A DNA stretch of 64,000 nucleotides from contig CAMWKV010000001.1 of NCBI GenBank assembly GCA_947174915.1, forward strand, positions 408 to 64,407, given 5' to 3'. Position 1 is the stretch's first letter, and each line of letters begins with the position of its first letter. Below the pieces are notes generated by a model that did no database searches, was not told where the DNA came from, and saw only the letters and a list, made by a program, of their open reading frames with translations. Positions 26,357-35,375 of the stretch are shown here, in pieces. Both the position numbers and the translations under genes were made by a program. Source of the stretch: an uncultured Porphyromonadaceae bacterium. Its GTDB lineage: Bacteria; Bacteroidota; Bacteroidia; Bacteroidales; Muribaculaceae.

Positions 26357-27760
26357 TCAGAGTGTAGAGGTGTTGTAGAATTCGAGGATGCGGGCGCGGA
26401 GGATGCGCTCGTATCTGGCCTGCACGGACTGAGCGAGGGAGGAGATATAGTTCTGACGGGCCGTCTCAAGTTCGGTGGAATTGGCACGACCGTTGTCGTA
26501 CTTCACTTGCATGGCCTCGAAGGCTGCCTGTGTGCTCTCCACTGCCACGGCGGCGGATTTCTCTTTCTCCATAGCTCCTACAGCCTGCGTATGAGCCTGC
26601 ACGATGGCCTTGTAGAGATTGTTGCGCGAATCATCGAGCTGCAGACGCGCCGACTCCTGACGGAGACGTGCACGGCGCACATTATTGCGCGTACTGAAGG
26701 CGTCGAAGATGGGCACACTGAGCGAGAAACCTATGCTCTGACCGAAGTTGTGACGCATCTGAGCGCCAAAACCTTCGTTGGCGAAGCCTGAAGTCTTATA
26801 GTAGTTGGTACTCAGGCCTGCATTGAAACTCAGCGTAGGTATGTAGCCGCTCTGTGCGAGCTTGACATTCCTCTCGGCAGCCTCCACCTGCAGTTGTCCC
26901 GCGCGCAGGGTGTGGTTGTAGGCCAGTGCATTGGCGAATACCGTGCCCGGGTCAGGGATGAGAATAGCAGCATCCTCCAGTGGCATGATATCGAAGCCTG
27001 AGTTGTCCGGTAGATTGAGGAGCTGAGCAAGATCAAGAATAGCCATGACCGAATCATTGAGAGCATTGGTGAGCGACAGCTCATCGCGTGCCACCTGCGA
27101 GCGTGCCTCGTGGATATCGAGCTCCGGCAGACGGCCGGCCTCTATCATGGCCTGGCGTCGCTCCAGTTCGGTGCGGCTGATATTTAGATTGGTTCGGGCC
27201 ACCTCCACCATCTCGCGGGCGTACAGCGCCTGGAGGTACTGGCCTATGACATTGAGAGTAACATCATCCTTGGCGGCCTCTACCTGCTCCAGCATCGCCG
27301 CAAGTGACGTGCGACTGTAGCTAAGCTGACGCATGGCTCGAAGTCCCTGGAAAATAGGCATCTGCAACTGTGCGCCGACGGCGAAGGAAGATGTATTACG
27401 GTTGGCATAGGTATTGTCCGACGTGAGGCCGCGGCCGAAGCTGAAGGACTGCGAGCCGTAGCCGTTGAGCTGCGGGAGGAACTGATTCTTGGCCGAATTG
27501 ACATCGAGTTCGCCCAGCTCGGCATTGACGCGCTGACTGGCTACATTGATATTGTGGTCGATGGCATATCCTATGCAACGGCCGAGGGTCCAGGGCATAG
27601 TGGTGAAAGGAGCCTGTTCCTGACCGACAGCTGTCTGCGCCATATAGGCTACCTGTGCCTGACTTGTGGCTGCCTGTGCCGTATCTGTTGTCTGTGCCTG
27701 AGCAGTAGAGAATACTGCTAATGATGCAGCACAGAGAAGGATGGTCGTGATTTTCTTCAT
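26357..27760 (-). CDS. tolC: TolC-family outer-membrane efflux protein
   Basis: Signal peptide, LGRCIGYAIDHN, FLPQLNG, QMPIFQG, SVPIFDAF and two OEP repeats. Confidence 0.9.
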   Translation of the reverse strand: MKKITTILLCAASLAVFSTAQAQTTDTAQAATSQAQVAYMAQTAVGQEQAPFTTMPWTLGRCIGYAIDHNINVASQRVNAELGELDVNSAKNQFLPQLNGYGSQSFSFGRGLTSDNTYANRNTSSFAVGAQLQMPIFQGLRAMRQLSYSRTSLAAMLEQVEAAKDDVTLNVIGQYLQALYAREMVEVARTNLNISRTELERRQAMIEAGRLPELDIHEARSQVARDELSLTNALNDSVMAILDLAQLLNLPDNSGFDIMPLEDAAILIPDPGTVFANALAYNHTLRAGQLQVEAAERNVKLAQSGYIPTLSFNAGLSTNYYKTSGFANEGFGAQMRHNFGQSIGFSLSVPIFDAFSTRNNVRRARLRQESARLQLDDSRNNLYKAIVQAHTQAVGAMEKEKSAAVAVESTQAAFEAMQVKYDNGRANSTELETARQNYISSLAQSVQARYERILRARILEFYNTSTL

Positions 27761-27799
27761 AGCGTCCGGGATTTGCTTGAATATAAGACTGATATACCC

Positions 27800-28891
27800 T
27801 TAGAGTTTGGCTCCGCGGAGCACTACGGTGGAGTCGATACCCGTCTTGACTTCGATGTTGATACCGTCGCTCAGACCGGGAGTGAAAGAACGCTGCTCAA
27901 AGACGGGCTTGGGTACACTGTCGGTCCGCACATATACGTATGCGCTGTCGCCGGTGAAGGTAACGACGGACTCGGGAACGGTGAGGACATCGGCCGCCTG
28001 CTCAAGAATCACGGTGGCGTTGGCGGAATATCCCGAGCGGAGGCCCGCCACATCATCGAGGGTGAGAGCCGCCTTGAGTTCGAAGGTATTGGCTCCGGAG
28101 GTCTCGTCGCCCTTGGGCGAGATGTACTCTATCACTGCCGAGGGATGGAGCGAGGGCATGGCGCCGATTGAAATCTCCATAGGCATGCCCACATGCAGCA
28201 TACCCACCTCGGTCTCGTCCACCTTGCCTATGAAGATGAGCTTGTTCATATCAGCCACAGTGGCGATGGTGGTGCCGTCGTTCATGGTGTTGGCCTGGAT
28301 GACGCTTGAGCCTACCTTGACGGGGACATTGAGCACCAGACCGGTAATGGTGGCACGGACGAGGGTGTTGCTCTCGGAGGCATTGAGGCGCGACACGCCT
28401 TCGCGGACGATATTGTAGGCGTCGCGTGCAGCCTCCACTTCCTCGCGGGCCCTGGCGAGAACTTTTTCGGAGTCCTCATAGTCCTGGCGCGAGATGACGC
28501 CCTTGCCGAAAAGTTCCTTGTCGCGGTTGAAGCGCGAGGTGGCATCGCGCAGCTCTATCTCTGCCACGCTCACGCGACTCTGAGCCGACGACAACTGCGA
28601 GGCATCGGGGATGACTTTGATATGCGCTATCACATCGCCCTGCTGCACCACCTGACCGGCCTCGACATTAATCTCCGAGATGATACCGGATACCTGGGGC
28701 TTGATTTCGATTTCATCGCGAGGTTCAATCTTGCCGGTGAGTACGGTACTGCGCTCGATGGTAGTGCGTGTGGGCTGTACGGTGGCATATACATCCTCCT
28801 TGGTACGACTGTTGAGGTAGAGGAACACAAAGGTGCCCACGAAGGCAGCAGTGATGAGCACCCACAGCAGAATACGGAATATCTTTTTCAT
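27800..28891 (-). CDS. Efflux periplasmic adaptor subunit (MacA-like)
   Basis: N-terminal TM, TGKIEPRDEIEIKPQVSGII, GQVVQQGD lipoyl halves, VRATITGLV, VDETEVG. Confidence 0.9.
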   Translation of the reverse strand: MKKIFRILLWVLITAAFVGTFVFLYLNSRTKEDVYATVQPTRTTIERSTVLTGKIEPRDEIEIKPQVSGIISEINVEAGQVVQQGDVIAHIKVIPDASQLSSAQSRVSVAEIELRDATSRFNRDKELFGKGVISRQDYEDSEKVLARAREEVEAARDAYNIVREGVSRLNASESNTLVRATITGLVLNVPVKVGSSVIQANTMNDGTTIATVADMNKLIFIGKVDETEVGMLHVGMPMEISIGAMPSLHPSAVIEYISPKGDETSGANTFELKAALTLDDVAGLRSGYSANATVILEQAADVLTVPESVVTFTGDSAYVYVRTDSVPKPVFEQRSFTPGLSDGINIEVKTGIDSTVVLRGAKL

Positions 28892-28928
28892 TGTTGACGT
28901 GTATTTACTTGTTATGTATGATTGTAGA

Positions 28929-30176
28929 TTATTTATCTCTAAGAGCTTCTATAGGTTTGATACGCATTGCTTTGAGGGCAGGGAGCGTGCCGGCGGCAGT
29001 ACCGAGGACGAAGAAGATGAGCAACACCGCCAAGGCATGTCCGAAACTAATCTCGAAACCTGCCATGCCGAGAAGCGGGTCCGCGGTGACGTGGTCGATG
29101 ATGCCGAGTACGATGGCGGCGAAGCACACACCCGCCGTACCGGCGATGAGCGTAAGGGTGATACTCTCGAGGAGCACCTGCACGGTGATGTCAGCGGGTT
29201 TGGCTCCGATGGCGCGGCGTACGCCGAACTCGTGCGTACGTTCCTTGACGACTATCCACATGATATTTCCCACTCCTATGACACCTGCCATCAGCGAGCC
29301 GATACCAACGAAGAATGCCAACAGGGTGAGACCCAGGAAAAGGCCGTCGATTACACTGAACATCTCCGAGAGATCCATCATCCACATGGCGTTCTTGTCG
29401 TCCGGGTGGATGGCATGGCGGCGCGAGATATATCGCCGTATGGCTTCCTCATTCTCTGAAGGGCTATGACCGGCAGGGGCGGTGAAGGCGAAGAAATGCA
29501 CTTGATTGCCGATATTAAATGAGCGTTGTGCCGTGCTGTAGGGCAGAAGGATACTGTCGTCGATACGGCTGGAAATACTGGCTTCGCCCAGCTGCCCTGC
29601 CACTCCCACCACAGTGAAATGCACGCCGCGGAGGGATATGCGCTTGCCTATAGGGTCGTCGGCGCCGAAGATTTCGGCAGCAAGATTCTTACCCACCACG
29701 AGCACCTTGCGGGCTTGCGCCTGATCGGCATCGTTGAGGAAGCGGCCACTATATATCACCGGCTCTATGATACGGCCGTAGTCCGGGTGTATGGCGTTGT
29801 AATTCACCGTTTTGTTAGTGGAGCCATACAGCACCACGCCGCTGCCGTAATACACCGGCGAGCCTTTGTCAATGGCGGGGGACACGCGGAGGATATTGTC
29901 GCAGTCGTCCACGGTGAGGTACCACGGCGTGCCTTTATTGAAGCCCTTGTACGACATAGTACGAGAGCCGGAGCTGATGGCTCCTAAATTCGTGGAGAGG
30001 CCGGCAAAATTGCGGCTCATCATGCCCTTGAAACCGGTGGCGCCTCCCAGGAGGAGCGCAAGCATCGCCGTACCCCAGAAGATACCGAAGGCCGTGAGGA
30101 AGGTGCGGGTCTTGTTGCGGGCGAGGGTGGCACTGATTTCGCGCCAGTTCTCGCGCTGAAAAATTGTCAGTCTCAT
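28929..30176 (-). CDS. ABC transporter permease (MacB/FtsX type)
   Basis: RTFLTAFGIFWG, GRFLN, GVGNIMWIVVKERTHEFGVRRAIGA, PALKAMRIKPIEALR. Confidence 0.9.
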   Translation of the reverse strand: MRLTIFQRENWREISATLARNKTRTFLTAFGIFWGTAMLALLLGGATGFKGMMSRNFAGLSTNLGAISSGSRTMSYKGFNKGTPWYLTVDDCDNILRVSPAIDKGSPVYYGSGVVLYGSTNKTVNYNAIHPDYGRIIEPVIYSGRFLNDADQAQARKVLVVGKNLAAEIFGADDPIGKRISLRGVHFTVVGVAGQLGEASISSRIDDSILLPYSTAQRSFNIGNQVHFFAFTAPAGHSPSENEEAIRRYISRRHAIHPDDKNAMWMMDLSEMFSVIDGLFLGLTLLAFFVGIGSLMAGVIGVGNIMWIVVKERTHEFGVRRAIGAKPADITVQVLLESITLTLIAGTAGVCFAAIVLGIIDHVTADPLLGMAGFEISFGHALAVLLIFFVLGTAAGTLPALKAMRIKPIEALRDK

Positions 30177-30178
30177 GG

Positions 30179-31399
30179 CTATTCGTCGCGGAGGGCTTCT
30201 ACGGGTTTGACTTTGATTGCTTTAAGAGCCGGGAACAATCCTGCCAGCGCTCCGGCGACGATAAGAGCCAGCGTCACCTGAATGGCTATAGAGAGGTCCA
30301 CGGTGCCGTTGACGAAGCCGTCCGCCTCGCCCACCACGGCGTTGATTACCTGTAGCACCACCATACCCATGAATATACCTATATAGCCGAATATGGATGT
30401 AAGAGCCACGCTCTCAGTGATGATCTGAAAGAGGATGTTGCGAGGCTTGGCACCTATGGCGCGGCGTATGCCTATCTCGTGGACGCGCTCGCGCACGCTG
30501 ACAAACATGATGTTGCTCACTCCCACAATACCTGTCAGGAGGGTTAGGATGCCTATCACCCACACCACCACGGCGAGCATACCGCTTGCTTTGCTGTTGG
30601 CGAGATAGGATGTGAAGCGGTTCCATGTCCACAAGGCGCCCTTGTCGTCCGGAGCGAAAGAGTGAGTGCGAGCGAGGGTACCACGGATATTGCGCTCGGC
30701 CTCCTCGCCATCGGCCTCAGTGGTGAGGCCTTCTACGAAAACGTCCAGCTGATAAGCCCTGTCGTCGTTGCCGGTGATACGCTTGTAGGTGCTGTACGGT
30801 ATGTACTTGCTGCGCGCGTAGGGATTGCTGTACACCCCCACTACCGTCCATCCCAGCCCCATGCTGCGCACGGTGCGTCCTATGGCATCGTCAGCGTTGC
30901 CGAACAGCTGCTCGGCATGCGACTCGCTCAGTACCATCACCCGTCGCCCATGTTGCATATCAAGCTCATTGATGAATCGGCCGTGAGTGATAGGGATCTT
31001 CTTATTCAATATTGCTGTAGGCGACACTGCCGTCAATCCGCCGGAGATTACTTCGCGATCCGAAGCTACAGTGGCATTATCTACAGATGCTTCTGCAGCC
31101 ACGTAGCTCACCAGGTGTGGATGGTCTTCCTTCAAGGCGTCGCCATCGCCATTGCGTAGACCTATCCAACGGCCGTCGCGGTAGCCTTTGTAGGCCTTGG
31201 TGGTGCGGCCGCCCCAGATGGAGATTACATTGTGGGCTTCGCTGGAGCTTTGCTTGTCGAAACTGTTGGCAACCCCTCGCGCGGCACCCAGCAGGATGAT
31301 GAGCATAAAGATACCCCACGCCACGGAGATACCCGTCAGGATGGTGCGCAGCTTGTTGTTGCGCAGCGTCTGGCCTATTTCGTGCAGGAGATCGAACAT
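30179..31399 (-). CDS. ABC transporter permease (MacB/FtsX type)
   Basis: RTILTGISVAWG, GVSNIMFVSVRERVHEIGIRRAIGA, PALKAIKVKPVEALR. Confidence 0.9.
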   Translation of the reverse strand: MFDLLHEIGQTLRNNKLRTILTGISVAWGIFMLIILLGAARGVANSFDKQSSSEAHNVISIWGGRTTKAYKGYRDGRWIGLRNGDGDALKEDHPHLVSYVAAEASVDNATVASDREVISGGLTAVSPTAILNKKIPITHGRFINELDMQHGRRVMVLSESHAEQLFGNADDAIGRTVRSMGLGWTVVGVYSNPYARSKYIPYSTYKRITGNDDRAYQLDVFVEGLTTEADGEEAERNIRGTLARTHSFAPDDKGALWTWNRFTSYLANSKASGMLAVVVWVIGILTLLTGIVGVSNIMFVSVRERVHEIGIRRAIGAKPRNILFQIITESVALTSIFGYIGIFMGMVVLQVINAVVGEADGFVNGTVDLSIAIQVTLALIVAGALAGLFPALKAIKVKPVEALRDE

Positions 31400-31417
31400 G
31401 ACGGTAATGTGTAACAG

Positions 31418-32086
31418 TTATACATTGCCGCCGTCGATACGTCCGTCGACGATGCGGATGATGCGGTCTGTAGCCTCGCCCACAGCGGGGTCGTGGGTGA
31501 CGATGAGTGTAGTCATGCCTTCGTTGTTGAGCTCGCGGAAGAGCTGCATCACCTCGCGTGAGGTGTGTGAGTCGAGGGCGCCGGTGGGCTCGTCGGCGAG
31601 GATGATGGACGGCTTGGTCACGAGAGCGCGGGCGATGGCTACGCGCTGTTTCTGACCGCCTGAGAGCTCGCCGGGATGATGTGTGGCACGGTCGGCGAGA
31701 CCCATGCGCTCAAGTTGCTCCATGGCGAGGGCATTGCGCTTGCGACGGCTCACTCCTTGATAGAACAGCGGAAGCGCCACATTCTCGAGGGCGGTCTTGT
31801 AGCCTATGAGGTTGAAGGACTGGAACACGAAACCTATGAGGCGGTTTCGCAGCTCGGCGGCGCGGTTCTCGCTCAGGTTCTTTATCTCTATACCGTCAAG
31901 GATATACTCGCCGCTATCATAGCTGTCGAGTATGCCGAGGATATTGAGGAGTGTGGACTTACCCGAACCGGAAGCGCCCATAATCGACACGAACTCGCCG
32001 CGGTCGATGTGCATGTTGATGTCCTTGAGTACATGCAAGGGCACCGCGCCGGGGTAGGTCTTGTTGATGTCGTGTAGTGAAATCAT
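31418..32086 (-). CDS. ABC transporter ATP-binding protein (MacB/LolD type)
   Basis: GASGSGKST, FVFQSFNL, LSGGQKQR, ILADEPTGALD, VTHD. Confidence 0.95.
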   Translation of the reverse strand: MISLHDINKTYPGAVPLHVLKDINMHIDRGEFVSIMGASGSGKSTLLNILGILDSYDSGEYILDGIEIKNLSENRAAELRNRLIGFVFQSFNLIGYKTALENVALPLFYQGVSRRKRNALAMEQLERMGLADRATHHPGELSGGQKQRVAIARALVTKPSIILADEPTGALDSHTSREVMQLFRELNNEGMTTLIVTHDPAVGEATDRIIRIVDGRIDGGNV

Positions 32087-32237
32087 TACAGATTGTAGTA
32101 TGTAGAAATGTGGATGAATTTCAAGTTACATATATAAGACGCAAGTAGGCTGTCAATAATTACACCGGCAGCAATTTTTTTTTGCAGCTCGGATAGACAT
32201 GGCTCATGACGGCTGGTATAGCGGGGCAGGGATAAAC

Positions 32238-32271
32238 AAAAGCTGCCACACCTTGCGGCGCGGCAGCTTTT
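32238..32271 (-). terminator. Rho-independent terminator of the receptor-lipoprotein operon
   Basis: AAAAGCTGCC...GGCAGCTTTT hairpin with A/T tracts on both sides, 18 bp past the stop at 32290. Confidence 0.75.
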
Positions 32272-32289
32272 ATAATTGTAAGAAGGATA

Positions 32290-35200
32290 TTACTTGATAG
32301 TAATGGTCTTGAAGCGGAATTGACCGGGCTTGGTGCGGTTCGACTCGTTGGTGGCGAAGTCGGCAGTATCGCCTACGGTGAAGGTAACTTCGGTGGCATT
32401 GCCCTTCCATGTGACGGAGGTATCGCCTACGGCCTGTGCGGGGTCGAGCTTACCTGTCGACGGTGTGAAGGGACCGTACTGGGCTGTCTCTACCATCTCG
32501 AATACAATCTCGGTGGCTGTGGGGCCGGTGATGGTGAGGGTGTTGCCCTTGTAGAGACGCATACCGTTGGAGTAGTATTTGGGCTTGGTGGTGCCTGTGC
32601 CGGTAGCTACGCTGACGGTGTACTGACCTACGGTGATGGTGGCGGGACCGTCAACACCTTCAAAGTCGCTGAGGTTGATGACATTGCCGTCGCCCACAGG
32701 AGGTGTGGGAGGTGTCACCTGACCGCCTGTGCCGTAGACCTTCAGATTCTGAATCTCCCATGTATCGGCGCCGGAGGTGGTAGAACCGTAGTGGAAGGCA
32801 ATCTGAATCTTCTTGCCGGCATAGGCCGAGAGGTCGATGGAGCCGGAGTTGACGAAAGTCCAACTGTCGGCAGCGGGCCATGTGGGGATGGCGAGGGAAA
32901 TCCACTGGCTTGCGCCCTCAAGGCGGACAGCTACACCGCAGAGGCTGCGGAGAGTGGTCTGGAACTTGGCGGCGTGGTCGAAGGACATCGTGGGAGCGGC
33001 AACGGCGGTGAGGTCGATGACGGGCGACACAGCGTATGCGTCGGCAGCCTGGGCTGCATTGTTGACGAATGCACTGCCGTTGAGGTAGTTATTGCCATTG
33101 TAGCTGCGCCACGACCAGGGGTTGTCGCCGGACACTGCATCGAAGGTCCAGCCGGTGGTAAGGGCTGCTTCGGAGGCACCGAGGGCGCTGTACACTACAT
33201 CGCCGTCGGGAGGAGTGACGGGCTGGTCAGGGGTAGTGCTGCCACTGCCGTCGAAGACATTCTCGGTGAGGTTCTTCACGCCGGGACCGCCGCAGTACTT
33301 CATGATGTCGCCCTTGATGGCAAGTACTTTGCCGAGGTTTTCGGGCTTGTTGGCCAGGGCGAGGGCATCACGCATAGAGGCGGGGAGCTGCACGCCGATA
33401 CACTGCGAAGCATCGGTACAGGTAGCTGTGGGGCCGAGCACGAGGTTGGTGGTGGCGGCGTCGGCGGTGCTGAAGTTGGTGTTGGACAGGAGTGTGGACG
33501 AACCACCGGTGGGCATGGAGCCTACGATGTAACCCTTGACCCATACACCGCTCTGTACGGCATCAGTGGTGCTCGAGGGATTGAAGGCGATGATTTGAGC
33601 TACATTGTAGGGAGTGTCCTTCTGGCCGTCGCCGTCGGGGAAGTCGCCGGCAGGAGGAGTGACGGGCTGGTCGGGAGTGCCACCGGCATCATCAAGACGG
33701 TTGGCGGTGAGATTCTTCACGCCGGGACCGCCGCAGTACTTCATGATGTCGCCCTTGACGGCGAGTTTCTTGCCGAGGTTGCCGGGCTTATTGGCCAGGG
33801 CGAGGTCGGCGCGCATGTTGGTGGGGAGCTGAACGCCTACGCACTTGGAGGCGTCGGTGCAGTCGGGAGTAGGACCGAGCACGAGGTTGGTGGTAGCGGC
33901 ATCTTCAGTGCTGAAATTAGTACCGGAGAGGGTTGTGGACGAGCCGCCGGTGGGCATAGAACCTACGATGTAGCCTTCTACCCATACGCCGGTCTCTACT
34001 GCAGCGGTGGTGCTGGAGGGGTTCATTGCCACAATCTGTGCGGTGTTGAAGGGCTTGTCTTCGGAGCCGTCACCTTCGGGGATTTCCTCGCCGGAGTCGA
34101 CACCTTCGATAGCGAACTCATCACTCTTGCCGCTGTTGCCTGTCATGCCATAGGAGCCAAGGTAGTTGCCGAGTTTGCCCATCACACGGATTTCCTTACC
34201 GAGATTGTCGGGGTTGTCGCGGAGGTTGCCCACCTGCTGGAAGAGGCTCTCGGAGGGGAGCGCTACGATAATACATTCCTTATAGTTCTTCACCGAGGGG
34301 TCGGCGGCTACTACAAGTGTCGACGAAGTGACAGTGGGTGCGGTCCATTCGATGTCGTCGTTCGATGCCACTACTTCGACAGCGGGAGCTACGGCACCTA
34401 CGATATAACCCTTGAGCCAGCCGGTAGCGTCGACACCTGCTTCGATATCAGCGATGGCACCGGGCACGTCGTAGGGATCTTCCTTAGAGCCGGGGACATT
34501 ACCTACAGCAATGACGCCTTCGCGGTCGTTGAGGATAATCTGCCATGCAGAGTTGTAATAGCTGAGGATACCTACAACGTCGACATTGCCCGTGGGAAGC
34601 TTGTCTTCGGCGAAGGAGGCATAGCCACTGGTGCGGACAATCATAGTGCCGCCGTTGCGGTCAACGATGGTACGGTTCTGATCGTCGTTGGAGCTGGAGT
34701 GATAGACGGAGAAATTCTTCTGACCACCGTCGGCGAAGTAGACGTTCTTGAACCGCACGAGCTGGCTCTGCCACTTGCGTAGACCTTCGGGGGTGGCACT
34801 GATCTCACTGAAGGAGTTGACGGTGAGGGTGTCGATGTCGGCGGCAACGGGGATACCGTTGAGCTCGGCATGCTGAGTGAAATACTCGAGCGACATGAAC
34901 GATACCTGCCAGGACTTACCGTTGGCGTACCACGAAGGACGTCCCATCTGCTGGAGGCCGGCGTACTTGCCTATGAACATGTCAGTGACATCGAGCACAA
35001 TCTCCTGACCGATACGATAGTTGAGGTAGAGATTGTAGGCATCGATGGAGAAAGCCATAGCCGCCGTCTCGTCCTGGATGATGAGGGACTTGAAGACGTT
35101 GCTCTGCTCGTCGGAGGAAATCACGCGGCCGTGGATGACGTAGCGGTGGGCCGGATCCTCCTTGTCACGGATGGTGTCGGCGTAGTTCGTCTCATCGGAC

Positions 35201-35367
35201 CAGAAGAGTTCCTTGAGCTCGGCGATGGTGGTGTTGGGCGTAGATGTCGCCTGAGGGAAGTCCACGCCGGGAGCATCGACGTCATCCTGACAGGCGGCGA
35301 AGGTGCCGGCGAGGAGGGCCGCTGCGCCCAGGGTCTTGATATATGTTGCTATCTTATTGAAATACAT
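32290..35367 (-). CDS. DUF5689-family surface lipoprotein with repeated OB-like (DUF6359-like) modules and a cleaved-adhesin-like domain
   Basis: Lipobox FAA-C-QDD; GRVISSDEQSNVFKSLIIQD and QSQLVRFKNV (DUF5689-like); three PY/FxV...W(L/V)xGYIVG modules; SPVIDL...KIQIAFHY...TWEI adhesin-like domain. Confidence 0.75.
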   Translation of the reverse strand: MYFNKIATYIKTLGAAALLAGTFAACQDDVDAPGVDFPQATSTPNTTIAELKELFWSDETNYADTIRDKEDPAHRYVIHGRVISSDEQSNVFKSLIIQDETAAMAFSIDAYNLYLNYRIGQEIVLDVTDMFIGKYAGLQQMGRPSWYANGKSWQVSFMSLEYFTQHAELNGIPVAADIDTLTVNSFSEISATPEGLRKWQSQLVRFKNVYFADGGQKNFSVYHSSSNDDQNRTIVDRNGGTMIVRTSGYASFAEDKLPTGNVDVVGILSYYNSAWQIILNDREGVIAVGNVPGSKEDPYDVPGAIADIEAGVDATGWLKGYIVGAVAPAVEVVASNDDIEWTAPTVTSSTLVVAADPSVKNYKECIIVALPSESLFQQVGNLRDNPDNLGKEIRVMGKLGNYLGSYGMTGNSGKSDEFAIEGVDSGEEIPEGDGSEDKPFNTAQIVAMNPSSTTAAVETGVWVEGYIVGSMPTGGSSTTLSGTNFSTEDAATTNLVLGPTPDCTDASKCVGVQLPTNMRADLALANKPGNLGKKLAVKGDIMKYCGGPGVKNLTANRLDDAGGTPDQPVTPPAGDFPDGDGQKDTPYNVAQIIAFNPSSTTDAVQSGVWVKGYIVGSMPTGGSSTLLSNTNFSTADAATTNLVLGPTATCTDASQCIGVQLPASMRDALALANKPENLGKVLAIKGDIMKYCGGPGVKNLTENVFDGSGSTTPDQPVTPPDGDVVYSALGASEAALTTGWTFDAVSGDNPWSWRSYNGNNYLNGSAFVNNAAQAADAYAVSPVIDLTAVAAPTMSFDHAAKFQTTLRSLCGVAVRLEGASQWISLAIPTWPAADSWTFVNSGSIDLSAYAGKKIQIAFHYGSTTSGADTWEIQNLKVYGTGGQVTPPTPPVGDGNVINLSDFEGVDGPATITVGQYTVSVATGTGTTKPKYYSNGMRLYKGNTLTITGPTATEIVFEMVETAQYGPFTPSTGKLDPAQAVGDTSVTWKGNATEVTFTVGDTADFATNESNRTKPGQFRFKTITIK
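33196..34080 (-). repeat. Intragenic tandem duplication of an about 147-aa (441-bp) module
   Basis: Copies start at PEGDGSEDKPF (34080) and PDGDGQKDTPY (33639). An identical 46-nt block TTCTTCACGCCGGGACCGCCGCAGTACTTCATGATGTCGCCCTTGA occurs at 33272 and 33713. Confidence 0.85.
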
Positions 35368-35375
35368 ATCCTTGA

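Noticed and set aside
26357-32086. MacAB-TolC-like operon with two permeases as a novel system
   Set aside because: This arrangement is common in Bacteroidota and nothing unusual is visible in the sequence.
32320-34782. 820-aa plus-strand ORF
   Set aside because: Antisense shadow of the DUF5689 lipoprotein. GC-rich codon bias keeps the opposite frame open and it has no protein motifs. The same applies to 35628-37073, 44894-46423, 48743-49741, 17541-18599, 60718-61959 and 23669-24898.
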